Source of the DNA: the human T2T-CHM13v2.0 reference genome, Homo sapiens
Assembly: GCF_009914755.1 (NCBI RefSeq)
Contig: NC_060942.1
Strand: one strand, 5' to 3'
Length of the DNA stretch: 64,000 nt
The notes beneath the pieces are model-generated. The model saw nothing but the letters and a program-made list of their open reading frames with translations, searched no databases and was not told where the DNA came from. How positions within the stretch are numbered: position 1 is the first letter of the stretch; each line of letters opens with the position of its first letter. Positions 28,115-43,624 of the stretch are shown piece after piece. Position numbers and translations under genes: made by a program.

Positions 28115-28745
28115 GGCTGTCTACTAAACAATGAACCTTACCCAAAGAGCGTTCGGCACTTTGGCCTCCACTCCAGAGAGGTGATTTCTAAGCCCTTGGA
28201 ATGCCATGCCTGATAAGAGCCTGTTTCTCTGTGGGTTCTGAGTGGCACCAAATGGTCTAACAATATGATTTGTGGGGGAGCTTTGGGTCATACAGTATCA
28301 GCTTGACCTTGGGAAGGGCTGGAGACTGAGCTCAGCCACATGGGCAGCCACAAACATCCACATGATGGTGCCCCAGTCAAATCTCCAGACGCCAAGGCTT
28401 GGGTGAGCTTCTTTGGCTGGCAATACTCAATAGTCTGCCACTGTCACACATAGTTGCTGAGAGTTGTGACTCCACTGGGGGTAGAAACTTCATGCTTGGA
28501 ACCTCCCTGGCCCCTGCCCCAGGGGTTCTTTCCCTTGGCTGATTTTAACCCGCGTCCTTTTGTTGTGATTTTAGCCTGTGTCCTTTTGCTGCGATAAACC
28601 ATAACCATGGAAGGTTCTATGAGTCCTCTTAGTGAATTACAGAACACAGGGGTGGTTTGGGGGGGCCTCTAACCTTGCAATTGGTATCAGAAGTGAGGTT
28701 CATTCATTTTGGGGGTCCCTGAACTCTGCAGTTGGAGTCAACTAA
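28115..28745 (+). mobile_element. MER21/MER77-like ERVL LTR
   Basis: CTAAGCCCTTGGAATG...CCTGATAAGAG; AAGGCTTGGGTGAGCTTC; TGAGTCCTCTTAGTGAATT. Confidence 0.6.
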
Positions 28746-28789
28746 GTACCAAAGATTGAAAGAGTCTTAGGGGTTTGGTAATTACTCTT

Positions 28790-28960
28790 TAGTCAACATG
28801 TATTGAGTACTTACTACATGCCAGGTACTTTAACACTTTATCTCTTTCAAGCCTCATAGCAAACTTTGAAGAAGATATTATTGAAATCTTACAGATTAGG
28901 GATTTGAGACTCTCATAAATTTCCCCACGATGTACAGGGCCAAGCCTCAACTGAGTGAGA
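28790..28960 (-). mobile_element. MIR fragment
   Basis: CATGTATTGAGTACTTACTACATGCCAGGTACT. Confidence 0.6.
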
Positions 28961-29109
28961 GAGCTTGTTCCTTGCAGCCATTGCCTGTGGTGGATTTTCA
29001 CTGGGGGAAACAGTCTCTACCCTCCGGGGTCTGACTCAGTGCGGGGAGATAGGTGAGCAGACATAGAATCAACACAGAGCACTAAGTGCTGTGGAAGATA
29101 GAATGGACA

Positions 29110-29730
29110 CTTATCTTTTTGTCTGACCAGCAACCCCCATCCTTCTTCTAAGAACAGCTCCCCTGAGTATTTCTCCTTTCCTGCTTCCAGTCTGTGGCTC
29201 CAACAGGAGCTGCTGTGTCCTTGCACCCCTGGCCCTGGAACAGGCTTGGACTCCTGACCCAGGTTGGGCCAATGGTAAAACCCTGGCCGTGGTTGATGGA
29301 CTAGGGGTGAGCATCTGACCCAAGCCAGGCCTATCAGAGCTTTCCCTGGCAAGGTAGAACTTGAACTAGAAACAGGGCCCCTCTCTCTTCCTGGTGGTGG
29401 AGTCGGAAAACATAAAACTCGAGAGCTCACAGCAGACAGATCTGTGCCATGTGGAAGTAGCCGGTCTGTCCTGAGAGGGAAGGAAGAGGAGAGGAGAGGA
29501 GAGGGGAGGTTAGGGGAGGTGAGGGGAGGGGAGGAGAATCAATGGCTTATCATTCCCTGGAGGCAGTTTTTTTCTGAGGCCCAGCCCCATCCCTCCCCTA
29601 GCCAATGTCCTGGGGACACACGTCCTTCAATTCCGGGTGGTATCTCAGGGGCCTGCTAAAAAAGCTCCCTGTTTCTTAAGTGTGTTGAAGTTAGGTTGTT
29701 TTTCTGTCATTTGCAACCGACCATCTTGGC
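29110..29730 (+). mobile_element. LTR16-like ERVL LTR (degenerate)
   Basis: GGGTGAGCATCTGACCCAAGCCAGGCCTATCAGAG; end TTCTGTCATTTGCAACC. Confidence 0.5.
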
Positions 29731-30277
29731 GGAGTCCAGGAAGGCTTTCTATGGAGATGACAACGAAAGAACAGCCATTAATAAGAATCAGCCTAAAGCA
29801 CACATTGAAGGACACAGGAGCTTGGCCTGGAAGAGAGTGGGTGGGAGTGCTTCAAAAGGAATTGTTTGCCGGCTAAATGAAAACTATCATATACCTTTAT
29901 GATTTTCTAGGATAAAGATGCAGAAAATTGTTTGAATTGTGAGCCTGGAAATTCTGCTAACTGGCCCGGCTCCCCAAAACTTTCCTGGACCTCCTTGAGG
30001 TTGCTTATAAAGCTTAAGGGTCACTATGGGATATTTATTTGTTGGGTCAAAGCATCAGAGAACTTGAGCATCCTAGGCTAAAGGACAAAAGTGTGGAAAT
30101 ACCATTGTTCTCGGAAGAGGCCACTCCAACCTCTGCAGTCTAAACAATGAAGAGTGAGAAAGGCAACTTTAAAAAATCTCACGTAACGGGTAGGTCCACA
30201 GACATGGCAAACTAGACAGTTATAAAGTATGACTCAGTGATGTCACGAGGACCCAGATTCTTAGGTTCTTGCCGTCC

Positions 30278-30610
30278 TTGGTAGATTGTATAATTGTCCC
30301 CAAATATTTACAGCCCCCCTGTGTTAGGATTATGCCACCCCCTTTGTTCACTCAAGCTTGGCCATGTGATTTATTTGGGCTAGTGAAATGTGTAAGAGAC
30401 AAGATCCATTTCAAACAGAAGCTTTAAGTGTCATATTTAAAGGTTTCATGTCTCTTTTCCTCTGCTAAGATGAGCAGGTCCCCTACAAGAGCTGTCTCCA
30501 TAGACTGGCCTCAGAACAGAGACCCAGGCAAAGCCCATCCATGTTGGATATACAGCATGAGCGAGCAATAAACCCCTTGTGTTGTAAGCCACTGAGATTT
30601 GGCCTTCGGT
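30278..30610 (+). mobile_element. Old MLT1 LTR fragment
   Basis: CTTGGCCATGTGATTT...AGCAATAAACCCCTTGTGTTGTAAGCCACTGAGATTT. Confidence 0.6.
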
Positions 30611-31715
30611 ATTAGCTTCAATCTCCGATTGGGCATGAGATGGCTACAACGATTCCAGAATCACCTCCTGGCATGACAACACCCAGAACAAGAAGAGAGA
30701 CCTACTCTTCCCAAGGGTTTCTCTAAAAACAAGGGATGCTGCAAGGAGACCCACACAGACTTTCCCTTATCTTATTTGCTGCATGGGGCAGGTAGAAAGA
30801 CATCTAGGTTCTATTGGTGCTAGTAGGGGTGGTGGCGGGGATTCACCCCAGGCAGGCGGTTGTTCTGCCCGATGCCTGCCCAGGGCTAAGGTTTGTGGCC
30901 AGCACACTCCCCCATCAGGGCTCCCTTGAGTAACCTGAAGGTCCCCTGTGCTCAGGAGGATTGCTCAACCACTGAACTTCTACTATTATCATTAACAGTA
31001 ACAAAACATAATCAATAATCCACAAAACTGCACTCCTAACTCCTTTCTTTCTGAAATCACATTCCTATCTAGGTTTAGGGAAAAAAAGCCAGGAAAGTGT
31101 GTGTGAAGTTAAATATTTGTGTATCCACGTATGCATTCCGGTCACTGAAGAAATAAAGGATAGTATAAAACATAGATCCAACCCTCAGAAGCAATTTCAG
31201 AGTGGTGAGGGAGAGAAAAGAATCACAAAGGGCAAAGCAAGCCTGTGTGACCATCTCCAGAGTAATGTAGACAGAGGATGTAGGAACTCTGAGCACAAGT
31301 GGCTTTTTTCTCCCATCCCCAAGAGGGCGAGGAGGGACGAAGGAGCCAGGAGGGAGTCTGCTCAGCTGCACCGTTCCTAGCATGTGGCAGGTGCACAGCA
31401 AGTGTTTCTCCAAGGGAAGTAACAGGGCATCCAGGAAACTCTTACGCTCCCTCACTCTGAGCCATGTTGCTTATTTCCATACTGATTGACCTTAAAATGG
31501 ATTTGTGTGCATGTGAAATTTGTCATGCTTACAAGAGGGTGTATAATGTACTTTTATAGCTCAAAGAAAAATAAATAACCATGGACCTGCCACCCATTTT
31601 AAGAAATAAAACATTTCCAAGCCCCTTGGATCTCCCTGGGAGCCCCACTCCAATCATTCTCTGTTCACTTTCTTCAGAGGTAATCACTGTCCTGAATCTC
31701 AATTGTCTATTACTT

Positions 31716-32310
<595 letters not shown>

Positions 32311-33004
32311 TGATCTAATATAATGCTTTTGAGGTATATCCATGTTGATACATGTGGGAATAAAATATTTTTTATATTTAATATTTCATTGCTTGAATGC
32401 ATCATAATTTATCCATTTTACTGTGGATGAGCATTTTGGTTGTTTGCAGTTTTGTTAGTGGAATAATGCTACTATAAACATTCTGTGTGTGTCTCCAGAT
32501 GTGGGTGTGTGAGAGTTTCTCTAGAATACATACCTAGGGGCAGATTGATGCTTCACAGGTTTGCGCATCTTCAATTGTACTTAATAATGCTCATCTTCTT
32601 CCACAGTGGTCCTACCAATTTACTCTCTCACCAGCAGAGACTGAGAGCTTTTGTTGCCCTGAATCTTTAACCCTTCTTGTCAGACTTTTAAATTTGGTTC
32701 AATCTGGGCAGTATGAAATCTCATTATGGGTTTTGGTTGTATTCCCTCCCTGGTTACTAATGAGGTTAAAAAATGTTTTATATGTTTATTATGCATCCAT
32801 GTTATTTATGTGAAATGCCTTTTGTTAAAGCCTTTTTTTTAGAGAATTATAGGATTTCTTTTATATTCTGGAAACTAGTTCTTGATTTACGTATTCTAAG
32901 TATCTTCTCTCAATTCATGGTATGTTTTATCTCTCTCTTTTAATGGTATCTTTTGATTTTAAAAAGTTCTTAATATTAATGTAATTAAAATTTTCAATAT
33001 TCTG

Positions 33005-33550
<546 letters not shown>

Positions 33551-34434
33551 TCCTTTTTCTTTTTTTTTTTTTTTTACTTTTCATATGAAAAATAAACTAG
33601 CACAGCTTTAATCATTTGTTAAACAATCCATTGATTTCCGCTGAGAGTGGGTACCAGCTATGTTTGGTTCCCATATTTGTGTGAGTCTTTTTTGCACCTT
33701 TATTCTATTCTGTTTGTCTACTTGTTTTCCCCGCTGGTACTACCACACTATCTTAATTTCTACTGCATTGTAGATTATTTCACCTGATTCTTCTTCAGAA
33801 GTGTCTTAGCTATTCTTGATCTTTTATTCTTCCATATAAATTTTAGGAGTCAAACCTGTTGGGATTTTGACTTGAATTCCATACAGCAAACAGACAAATT
33901 TAAAGAGAACAGATATCTTTTCAAGAGGGAGTGTTCTATCCATAACTTTGGCATATATTTCCATTTATTTAGGTCTTCTTTAAAGTGTTTAAAGAAAAGT
34001 TTCTAATTTATGGCATAAAGATAATAAATATTATGTATTAGATTTATTTTTAGATATAACATACGTTATTGTAACAATTTTTAAATTATTTTCTATTTTT
34101 ATTGTTTTCTATTTTAAATTATTTTCTATTTTAAATTAAAACATAGCTTTAATTTTCCATGTACCTGTCTCAGAATTGTGTTTTTATTAGTTATCTATAA
34201 CCCCATAATATTATAGCCAAAGAATGTGATCTGTATGATATTACTATGTTGAAAACTTTTGACACTTATTTTATAACCGTGGATACAACCAGTTTTTCTA
34301 AAAGTTTCACATATGCTTGAAAATGTGCGTGTTCTTCACTCATTAGGTATACTATTCCACATATCTCCATTAGATTAAGATTGTAGATTTTATTTTTCTA
34401 GTCATTTTGATAGTGCTGGCTGCTTGATTGATGA

Positions 34435-34605
34435 GTTTTTTGTTTTGTTTTGTTTTTTACGACAGGCTCTTGCTCTGTTGCCCAGGCTTGAACGCAGTAG
34501 CGTAGTCATGGCTCGCTGCAGCCTCGACCTCCCAGGCTCAAGTGATTCTCTCACGCTGACCTTCCAAAGTACTGGGATTACAGGTGGGAGCCACCACGCC
34601 AGGCC
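34435..34605 (-). mobile_element. Alu monomer (FRAM-like or arm-recombined AluJ)
   Basis: Single arm with T-rich tail. Confidence 0.8.
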
Positions 34606-35867
34606 AATTGATCCGTTTTTTGAAAGAGTGTTAAAATCTCCCAGTATGATGATGAATTTTTTTATTTTTCCTTTTAGTTCTGTCATTTTGCATTGTTTGA
34701 ATGTGAAACTTTTTTATTAGGTGCCCACGTATTTAGATCTATTATTTCTTCATGGTGAATTGAGTCTTTCCGTTATATGTAGTGACTTTCTTTATCTCTA
34801 ATGATGCCTTTTAGCTTAAAGTCTATTTTGTCTGAAGTTAATACGGTGACTCAAATCTTCTTTTGATTAGTACTTGTCTGAAATATATTTTCTTTTACTT
34901 TCAACATTTTCATGACCTTATGTTTTGGTGTGACCATTAAAAATAGCTTATAGCTGAAATTTTAAAAGTCAAACCTGACAATATTTATCTTTCAGTTGGA
35001 GGCTTCATTTTGTTTACATTTATTTTAGTTACACATTTAGATTCATGTCTATCATCTTATTTTGTAGGTTCTATTGGCTCTGTTTTCTTGTTTCTTCTCT
35101 TTTCTTACCTTCTTACGGACTTTTTTTCCAGCAGTATTTCATTTCTCATTCTCTCTATTATTTGAAAGTTAAATCTTTCATAAATATTTTTTAGTGGAAA
35201 CTCTAGAAATTTTGGGGACTAATTTATCTTAAGTCTAAAACTGATCAATTTTCACTCTCTTGAATAATATGAGGATCCTAGAACATTTTAACATCAATCA
35301 CTTCTCATTTACAAACTATTATTGTAATGGATTTTAGATCTATTTTGATATTTTAAAACTATATATATTGTTATTTACATTGCTTTATATTAGTGTTTAT
35401 CGAGATTTTACAATTTATCATTTAACCATTTTCTTTGCTCACCATTCATTCTTCAATCTAATTTCTTCTTTCCAGGATCAATAATTTTCCTCCCATCCAG
35501 AGAACATTTTTAAGAAGTTCCTGGAAGGAATTGTTGGTAATATTCTGTTTCTTATTTGTTTAAATATACCGTTTTTCTTTATTTTTCTTAAAAGACAGTT
35601 TTGTTACTTATATATTTCTAGATTCTTAGTTATTTTCTCTCAGTACATTGAAATAATTGTTTCACTATTTCTGGTTTCTGTTGCTAGTGTTGAGAATCTC
35701 TTGTCAACCTAATTGTCACCCGTTAGTATATAATTTGTCTCTTTTTTCTAATTGCTTATAAGATCTCCTTTGCCTTGGTGCTCTGGAGCCTTGTTAATAT
35801 TTGTCTAGACAAGGATTTGATGTTATTCATTCTGCTTAGGATTCACTGGAAATTCTGAAACGGAGGT

Positions 35868-36256
35868 TCTTCAGGCTGCTATAACAAAATATAGCAGTCT
35901 CTTCAGGTGGCTATAACAAAATAACATAAACTGAGTGGCTTACAAACAACAGAAATTGATGTCTCACAGTTCTGGAGGCTGTGAAGTCCAAGATTGAGGT
36001 GCTGGCAGATTTGGTGTCTGGTAAGAACTGGGTTTCTGGAAGAAAGCTGTCTTCTCACTGTAACCTTACTTGTCCAGCCAGAGGGGAGAGTGATCTCTCT
36101 GGGGGTCTCTTTTATAAGGGACTAATCCCCATTAATGAGAACTCTGCCCCTATAATCTGAACACTTCCCAAATGCCCTACCTCCTAACACCATCGCCTTG
36201 GGGGTTAGGATTTCAACATGTGAATTTGAGGGGACATAAACAGTCAGTCCATTGCA
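35868..36256 (-). mobile_element. MST/MLT1A-like (MSTD-like) LTR
   Basis: CAGGCTGCTATAACAAAATA...GGCAGATTTGGTGTCTGGT...GGGTTAGGATTTCAACATGTGAATTT. Confidence 0.8.
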
Positions 36257-36657
36257 GTGTCTTAGGCTAATTCTAGAAAACACTGTGTCAAGTGATACTA
36301 TCAATTGTTTCCACAAGGAGTAAACTCATGGAGACCCACGGCCACAAGTAGACAACTGAAAGATGACATTGGGACTGCATCAGACTTCCCAGGAAGCTCT
36401 TTAGTCCAGATGCATGTGAACTCCCGAAAGCAGACTGCTGATTCAAGATCTGGCAAATAAAGACTTGATGAAGTATGTCTGAATTAACCAATGAAAGAAA
36501 TAAAATGTGGTTATTTGTTTTAAATATTGTTGGCATTGTTTTGATATTCTGTTTTCTGATGGGCATATAAAGAGCCACTTTTGTTTCTTGATGTATTCCT
36601 AGTTCTTGATTTACTAGACTCTATTCTCACTAACTGAAACACTTTAAAAATAATATC

Positions 36658-36951
<294 letters not shown>

Positions 36952-39788
36952 GATATCTTTTTCCCTTTGACATATCAAAATTCAGAATCAACTATTTTCC
37001 TGAGTCTTTTTTACATTGCATGGCAATGTAATTATTTGCATAAGCTTAACAAAAAGCTGTCTCCTCATTTTTATTTTTAAACTAGAATATAATTAGACAA
37101 ATTGATTGTATAACCAAGGGCAAACCTGCAATATGTTATTTGAAAATCAATCTCATTTTTTCTGATATGATAAGCATATCAGTAAATAGGCCTAACTTCA
37201 TAGGTAGAACAAATGTCTGCAAAATGCTCCCAGGAAACTGATCTGGTAAAAGGACAGTCCCTTCTTGGCAGGCCAGGAATTTAGGAAATGTGGGAACCAC
37301 CAAGGAGAAAAGTATTAACTTATAGCTGCTACAAATGAAATCTGGTGGAGATGAATTTTGGTTTTGTAGCCTTGGAATAACTGAAAAAAATAAGAGTGAT
37401 TTTTAAAATCTCTGGAATGATGGAGGCTATTGAGAAAGCAAACTTGGATTCCTTAAGAACTTGCTGGAAAGAAGCGAATTGTCTGGCTTTAGTAGATGCT
37501 CACCTCTTGATGATCACACAATAGAGAGGCTTATGTGTCCTAAGACCACTTGCTGCTCTTTCTATGTATGTGGACCAGGCCAAATAACAAACACATAATG
37601 ACTCCTGCCTTTTTTTTTTTGCATGCATGTGATTTTAAATAATCTTTGGAGAATACCTAGAAACACAATGGGGAGTATTAAGAAAAGTTACCTGAAATTT
37701 GGAAGTAAGGCAAAAAGATGATCACCTGCCCTACGTTGTCATTTTAGGGCATCGTTTAACAAGCTGCTTCAAAGTCATCTGCCTCTCTAGATAAGGGAAA
37801 GAAACTTTTCTTCTTTTGCGATTTCTATTGATTAGAGCCCAGAAAGCTTATGACTCTAGAAAGTTAGATGTTAGTTTATAGAAAATAATTGCTGATGAGA
37901 TGCAAACAATTTTTGTCTGGTAAAGGAGATAATTCCAAAAGCTATGGCTTTTTTTTTTTTTTTTTGCCCTGTATGACATTAAGCCATTAAAACTATTCAG
38001 AAATCATAATCCAACATTACATATATATTTATACACACAAACAGCACACACACACATTTAGTGTCTCTTCCCTTGAAATGGCAACTGGCTTTGTCATTCT
38101 CTGGTTCTCTTATTAATGAGTCAAACAAACACTGCCAAACATTGCTATGTATTTGTATGAGAAATAGTGGTTTTCTTTAACATTTTGAAAAGTATACTTG
38201 GCTATTCTTGTCCCCTGTGCATGTAGCCCATTAAAATCCAGGGTGTAGGCCAACAGAGGTCAACAAATACCAGCAATAGTATTGCTTGCACTCTGGGTTC
38301 AGGCTTTACTGAGGAATTCCTTTACTTTCCTGACAGTTCAACTGTTCATTAAATTTTTTTGAAAAGTTCAGTGTGCTGTACTGAAAGGAATCTCTCTGAA
38401 TATCTAGTCTGCCATATTGATTAAAATGGAAGCCCTTCCAATTGACTTTTTAGGATTTAGCTGTGCTTTATATTTTGTGAACCAGGGCATTCCTGGACAA
38501 GGAAAATGCCTCTGTGGGTTTCATATCACCCCTACTTCCAATTTATCTCGGGACCCTAAAGGGTGGGAGGATGGCTAGGGCAGGAAAGGGCAAGATGAGT
38601 TCATTCTGAGCCTGGGTCTAGTACAAAGGGAGGATTTGTGCAGCCGCAGGGCAACATAAAGGCTCTGGATGTCTAAGGCATTGGAGGGAGGGAGGATTGA
38701 AAGGAAGGAGGGCAGAGGTGTAGTGGGGTAAGGCGTTTCATATCCACATCCAAAGTCTTCCTTTGGAACTGCAGTGTGCCTGGCACCATTCCAGGGTGAA
38801 AAGGAAGATCATGCAGAATGGCATCTGCAACACATCTGTTGCCTCCGGAGTAATCGGGCTGGCAGTGAACTCGGCTGCTGTGCCTGAGTTGGAAGGCACC
38901 TCCCCTGGTTGCTTTCTCCACGAAAGCTGGGTTTGCACTGCATTCACTCACACTTTCTGAGTCTTGCTCCTAGGACTTGGGGAGCTGACTGCAACAGGCA
39001 GACTGAGAAAAGGTTACACGGTTTAGGAGCGAGTTGCTATCCTTGGTTATACACACATGACGTGCCAAATCTTTAATTTCCCCCTTGGATGGTACCCTAA
39101 ACTCTAGCAAGGAGAGGAAGAGAGATTAAGAATAAAGAAAAAATAACAAAACACTGTCAAGTTGTGAAATTCAGCGTGTTTGAGCATCTACTGTATGTGA
39201 AGCAATTTTTTAGGAGTATATGGTTCTTAAGAAAAAACTCCAGATTTTCTAAGACTGTCCTGATTTCGTATATTCTGCCCCAATTTCAGACTCATTCTCA
39301 GAATTTTGTCTTTGCTTTTAGATTGAAAACTGTGTAACTATTCCCAGATGTTCTTAGTTTTTTTTTTTTGCAGTATGTAGTTGAATATGCACAGACAAGT
39401 TGCCACTCTCTCATTCTCTGCCTCCTCTTCTGTAAAACACAAAGACACCTACAGAGTGGATATCTGTTGTTTGGTTCTGCCTAGAACCTCTTCTGTCTTT
39501 TGAGAACAATATATTTATTTGGGGAACAGCCACTTTCACACCGTAGCCTCCCGATCATGGGGGTCTAGAGAGGGCTCCAGTTGTAGTTCCCATTATCCCT
39601 GGACACAGAGGTGACATATTTCCCAAACCAGTTATAATTCTCCAGAGTTTTCCTTCTGGAATTAAGTGATTCCTCTCCTCTCTGGAGGTAAAGTTGGGAA
39701 GGTAATGGCCCCCTGAACTGCTGGATGCTAGATTTTGGCCCCATGGAAAAAGCTAGTCTGAGAGAATAAACTACCATGTTTGGAAAAT

Positions 39789-39790
<2 letters not shown>

Positions 39791-39818
<28 letters not shown>
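39791..39818. repeat. (AG)14 microsatellite
   Basis: Perfect dinucleotide run, probably inside a degenerate LTR16-like element. Confidence 0.95.
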
Positions 39819-39823
<5 letters not shown>

Positions 39824-40130
39824 TTGAGTCCTGGGGCTCAACTACTCTGCCTTCCCTGAGATAGACTGTAGAAACCAGTAGAAATACCCCTTTGTGCCTA
39901 ATCAGCTTTGAGTTAGGTTTCTGTCACTTGTAACCTAAATATTTCTGACAACTCCTGATGATCATAAGGATTATCCAAAGATTACTTAAATTTGTTAAGC
40001 TAAAACTACTATGCAAATGTACAACAAAATTATTATTGTGAAATGATCCTGCATTCAGGGACAAGGCAGATGTAGAGACACTTGACCTGGAATATATAGT
40101 TCTAGTGTCTGAAAACACTCCCATAGACAC

Positions 40131-40191
40131 AGAAGTGGACCAGAAGTAAATGGAAGTGGACCGGAAGTAATCCAGAAATGGACCAAAGTAG
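40131..40191. repeat. Short imperfect ~21-bp tandem repeat carrying GGAAGT cores
   Basis: GAAGTGGACCAGAAGTAAATG / GAAGTGGACCGGAAGTAATCCA / GAAATGGACCAAAGTAG. Confidence 0.75.
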
Positions 40192-42019
40192 CCCCAGTGA
40201 GCACGTTTGCTAGTGAGGTTGAGACGTGAAGTTATGAAAATCCTTGAACTTGTTCAGACCATGTTGTTCCTTGTGTGAAACTGTTGTTAGAGAACGGGTT
40301 CCTGCTGCAAATGCAAAGTGTGTGTGGCTGAGAAGCTCCTCTTGGCAAATTTGAACCCATTATTAATTGCTTCTAATCAAGATCTAATACAGAAGAAAAT
40401 TTGCTTCGAAGAAAAGGACTGCTGTTAACTGGAGAAGTCAACTAAATCTCACAGCATATGTGTGAGGGGAGGGAATGGTTGCTTTACATATTATTGAAAT
40501 TAGCTAAGAAGAGAAGGAAAGCCAGTTTGATGATTGACAACTGACTATGAACTGCAGATAAAAATGCACTGATGGCTCTCCCCTTTGGGTAGGGCATGGA
40601 GTGGGAGCAGCATGAGGTCTGGGAAGGTGTGGACATTAGGAGATCTCTTATTGAGTCTCTTGGGCTGAGTCATTCATCAGCAAAAAGCCATCCCTGGGGC
40701 AGATCCCAGTTCGGTTTGGGGGGACTTTGGGTGGATGCTGGAGGCTCCTAGGGAAGCGCAGCTTTGTGGGGCACACTGTGTTTTCTTCCTGCTGTGGAAA
40801 ATCAAGTGACCATCTACCAGGTGGTCTGTGACCCTCTCCAGGGCTCTCTGGGATCCTGTTCAATTTTAACAAACACACAACCATGATGTGCTGGCACTTC
40901 TGGCAAAAACGTGTTTTGGCAAAGGCAAAATTGCTAATGAAATTAAGTAGCATTGTTCCATGACCAATTTACCAGCTTCTAAGAAAACTGGCACTTGAGC
41001 ATAATCTCAGCCATCAGCCTCAGATGCTTCTTACCTGGGCTGCAGAGAGCCCCTGTGGGGAGAAGGGTCAGGGAGGTTCCAAGGGAAGAATGCCGTGGCC
41101 CATCATTTCCTTCCGTGATTGAAGCCTGCATGGCCTTTCCCTTCCCACTGTTTCTATCTGTCTCTACCTTGACAATTGTAAGGAGGTTTTGAATTGGCTA
41201 AGACTATATTTACCAGTATACTAAGTGACAGAAAGCTCATTTAGTCCAGCTTAAACCAAAGGGAGACTCATGGGAATACCAGGGGGGTCTCGCGGAACCC
41301 CGGACAGGAATGTGGTTATGGCAGAATCTTTGGAAGGTGGAATTCAGCAGGGTCAGGGCTCGCTCTCCATTTCTCACTTCCCCCCCTCCCTGTGCATCCC
41401 TTCAGGGTCCCTTCTCCCTCTTTCTACAAACGCATTGTCTCTACTTCTCTGGTTCATGGAGGAAACATGACAGCAGGTAGTGTAGCCTCAACTACCGAGG
41501 GAAAGACCCTCACATCCATAGATTCTGGGAAAAAGCTCACTGTGAAAGCTGAGTCAGGTCCCCCAACCCAGAATGTGCATTAAGGTCATGGGAATAGGTA
41601 CTGTGTTCAGTCCAGCTATGGTCCAGCATCTATGCCAGGACCTGTGGCTGGGGTTGGCCATATTCTATTGGAATATGAGGCTGCTTCTGCAGCCATGTGG
41701 GTAGTGAATGGAGGGGTAAGTTCCTAGAAAAAAGGAGATTAGGGGTAACACAACCCTATAGCTGTCCACTACACCACCTGACTGGCCATGTGGCCTGACT
41801 CCCTACATCTCCATTCTACTTTACTTGCCGATGAATAGCTCTTCCTGAAGCCCATCCTCCGCATGTGACTCCTGCTCAGAATGTTCTCTGCCTCCCACGG
41901 CTTTGACAGTTAGGTCTCAGAGACCTAGAGTCTCTGACTATGAGGTTCTTTAGAGCCCATCTCAACCTACACTTTATCAAATGCATGAATTTCTTCTATA
42001 GTTTCCCAGAAGTCTCTGC

Positions 42020-42260
42020 TTGTATATGTCCAGGGACCAGGAACTCACTACTACTACAGGAAAACCTGTTCCATTTTTCCAGCTGCTAATTGTTAGATCT
42101 GTTCTCTCTCTAAAGTGATATCTTTCACTCATTGATCCTGGTTCTTCCCTCTGGGGTCTAATGTCTGATGTCCCCTACAGCTAGTTTAAAGTAATTGCAA
42201 TTCCACCCTTACTTCCCCTTCTGCATGTCTTCTTGTTTACAACCTGAATAACCTCCTTTT
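42020..42260. mobile_element. L3/CR1-like fragment
   Basis: GGAACTCACTAC...CTGTTCCATT...CTAATTGTTAGA...CATTGATCCTGGTTCTTCCCTCTGG. Confidence 0.5.
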
Positions 42261-42297
42261 CATTTTCCCATATCTATTTCTTCTTCTGTGTGTGGTT

Positions 42298-42603
42298 GTT
42301 TTTTTGTTTGTTTCTTTTTTTTGATACAGAGTCTTGCTCTGTTGCTCAGGCTGGAGTGCAGTGGCACAATCTCACTCACTGGAACCTCTGCCTCCTGGGT
42401 TCCAGTGATCCTTGTGTCTCAGTCTCCCAAGTAGCTGGGACTACAGGTGTATACCATCATGCCAAGCTGATTTTTATATTTTTAGTAGAGATGGGATTTT
42501 GCCATGTTGGCCAGGCTGGTCTTGAACTCCTGGCCTCAAGTTGGTCCACCCGCTTCAGCCTCCCAAAGTGCTGGGATTACATGTGTGAGCCACCATGCCC
42601 AGC
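42298..42603 (-). mobile_element. Old Alu (AluJ/AluS)
   Basis: Full dimer, CpG-depleted. Confidence 0.9.
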
Positions 42604-43082
42604 TCCCGTATACATTTCTAATGTGCTATTACATTCCAATCCTCTCCATTTTAAAAGCTCCTCTCCTGATGTGCTGTAGTTTGTCAAGGATCCTCTTAAA
42701 GTGTTTTGTTCAGTACTGAAAACCATGTACCGGGAAGACCTCCTCAGCCCAGAGAAGAATGGATCCATTGCTGCAGACATTCTGAAGCTGATATTTGTAC
42801 TCAGTGACTCTCACTTTGGGCAGTCTCATCGCACGCACGATTACATTCAATTTCAGTCCATGGAAACTCCCTTAGTTCCTGTGATTTAGTCTAATGTTGA
42901 GCACAGATCAGTTTCTGTCCCACTTCTTCCCATCACAGCTGTCTTGTTCAGCCTTGCTGCAGAATCCAGAAACCATCCTGACCAAAAGCAGGAAAAGCCC
43001 CCGCCCCATTGGTCTGGTGCTGGTTGACCCAATGTCCCAGTCTGAGAATTGCCTTTCACCTTGTATTTGAGATCTGGTTCTC

Positions 43083-43431
<349 letters not shown>

Positions 43432-43484
43432 TTAGCAACTTGATCCTTGTGAGAATCAGCTGAAGATCCTGGCCCCCATATTAA

Positions 43485-43624
43485 CCCATTTATGCCAGAG
43501 GTTGCAATGTTTTGAATTTTTGCATAAATGAAAAATCAGACCTTGGTGATGACCTTGAGCAGTAGGATATGAATAACTTTCACATGCTTAGCATTCCAAT
43601 AATGGAACACTAGGCATAAGTGGG
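43485..43624. mobile_element. MER85, non-autonomous piggyBac (PGBD3-family) element
   Basis: 140 bp; TIRs CCCATTTATGCC / GGCATAAGTGGG; TTAA at 43481-43484 and TTTTAA on the right; internal palindrome ATTCCAATAATGGAAC. Confidence 0.92.

Noticed and set aside
34075-34140. Repeated TTTTAAATTATTTTCTATTTT
   Set aside because: AT-rich slippage inside an old L1; low information
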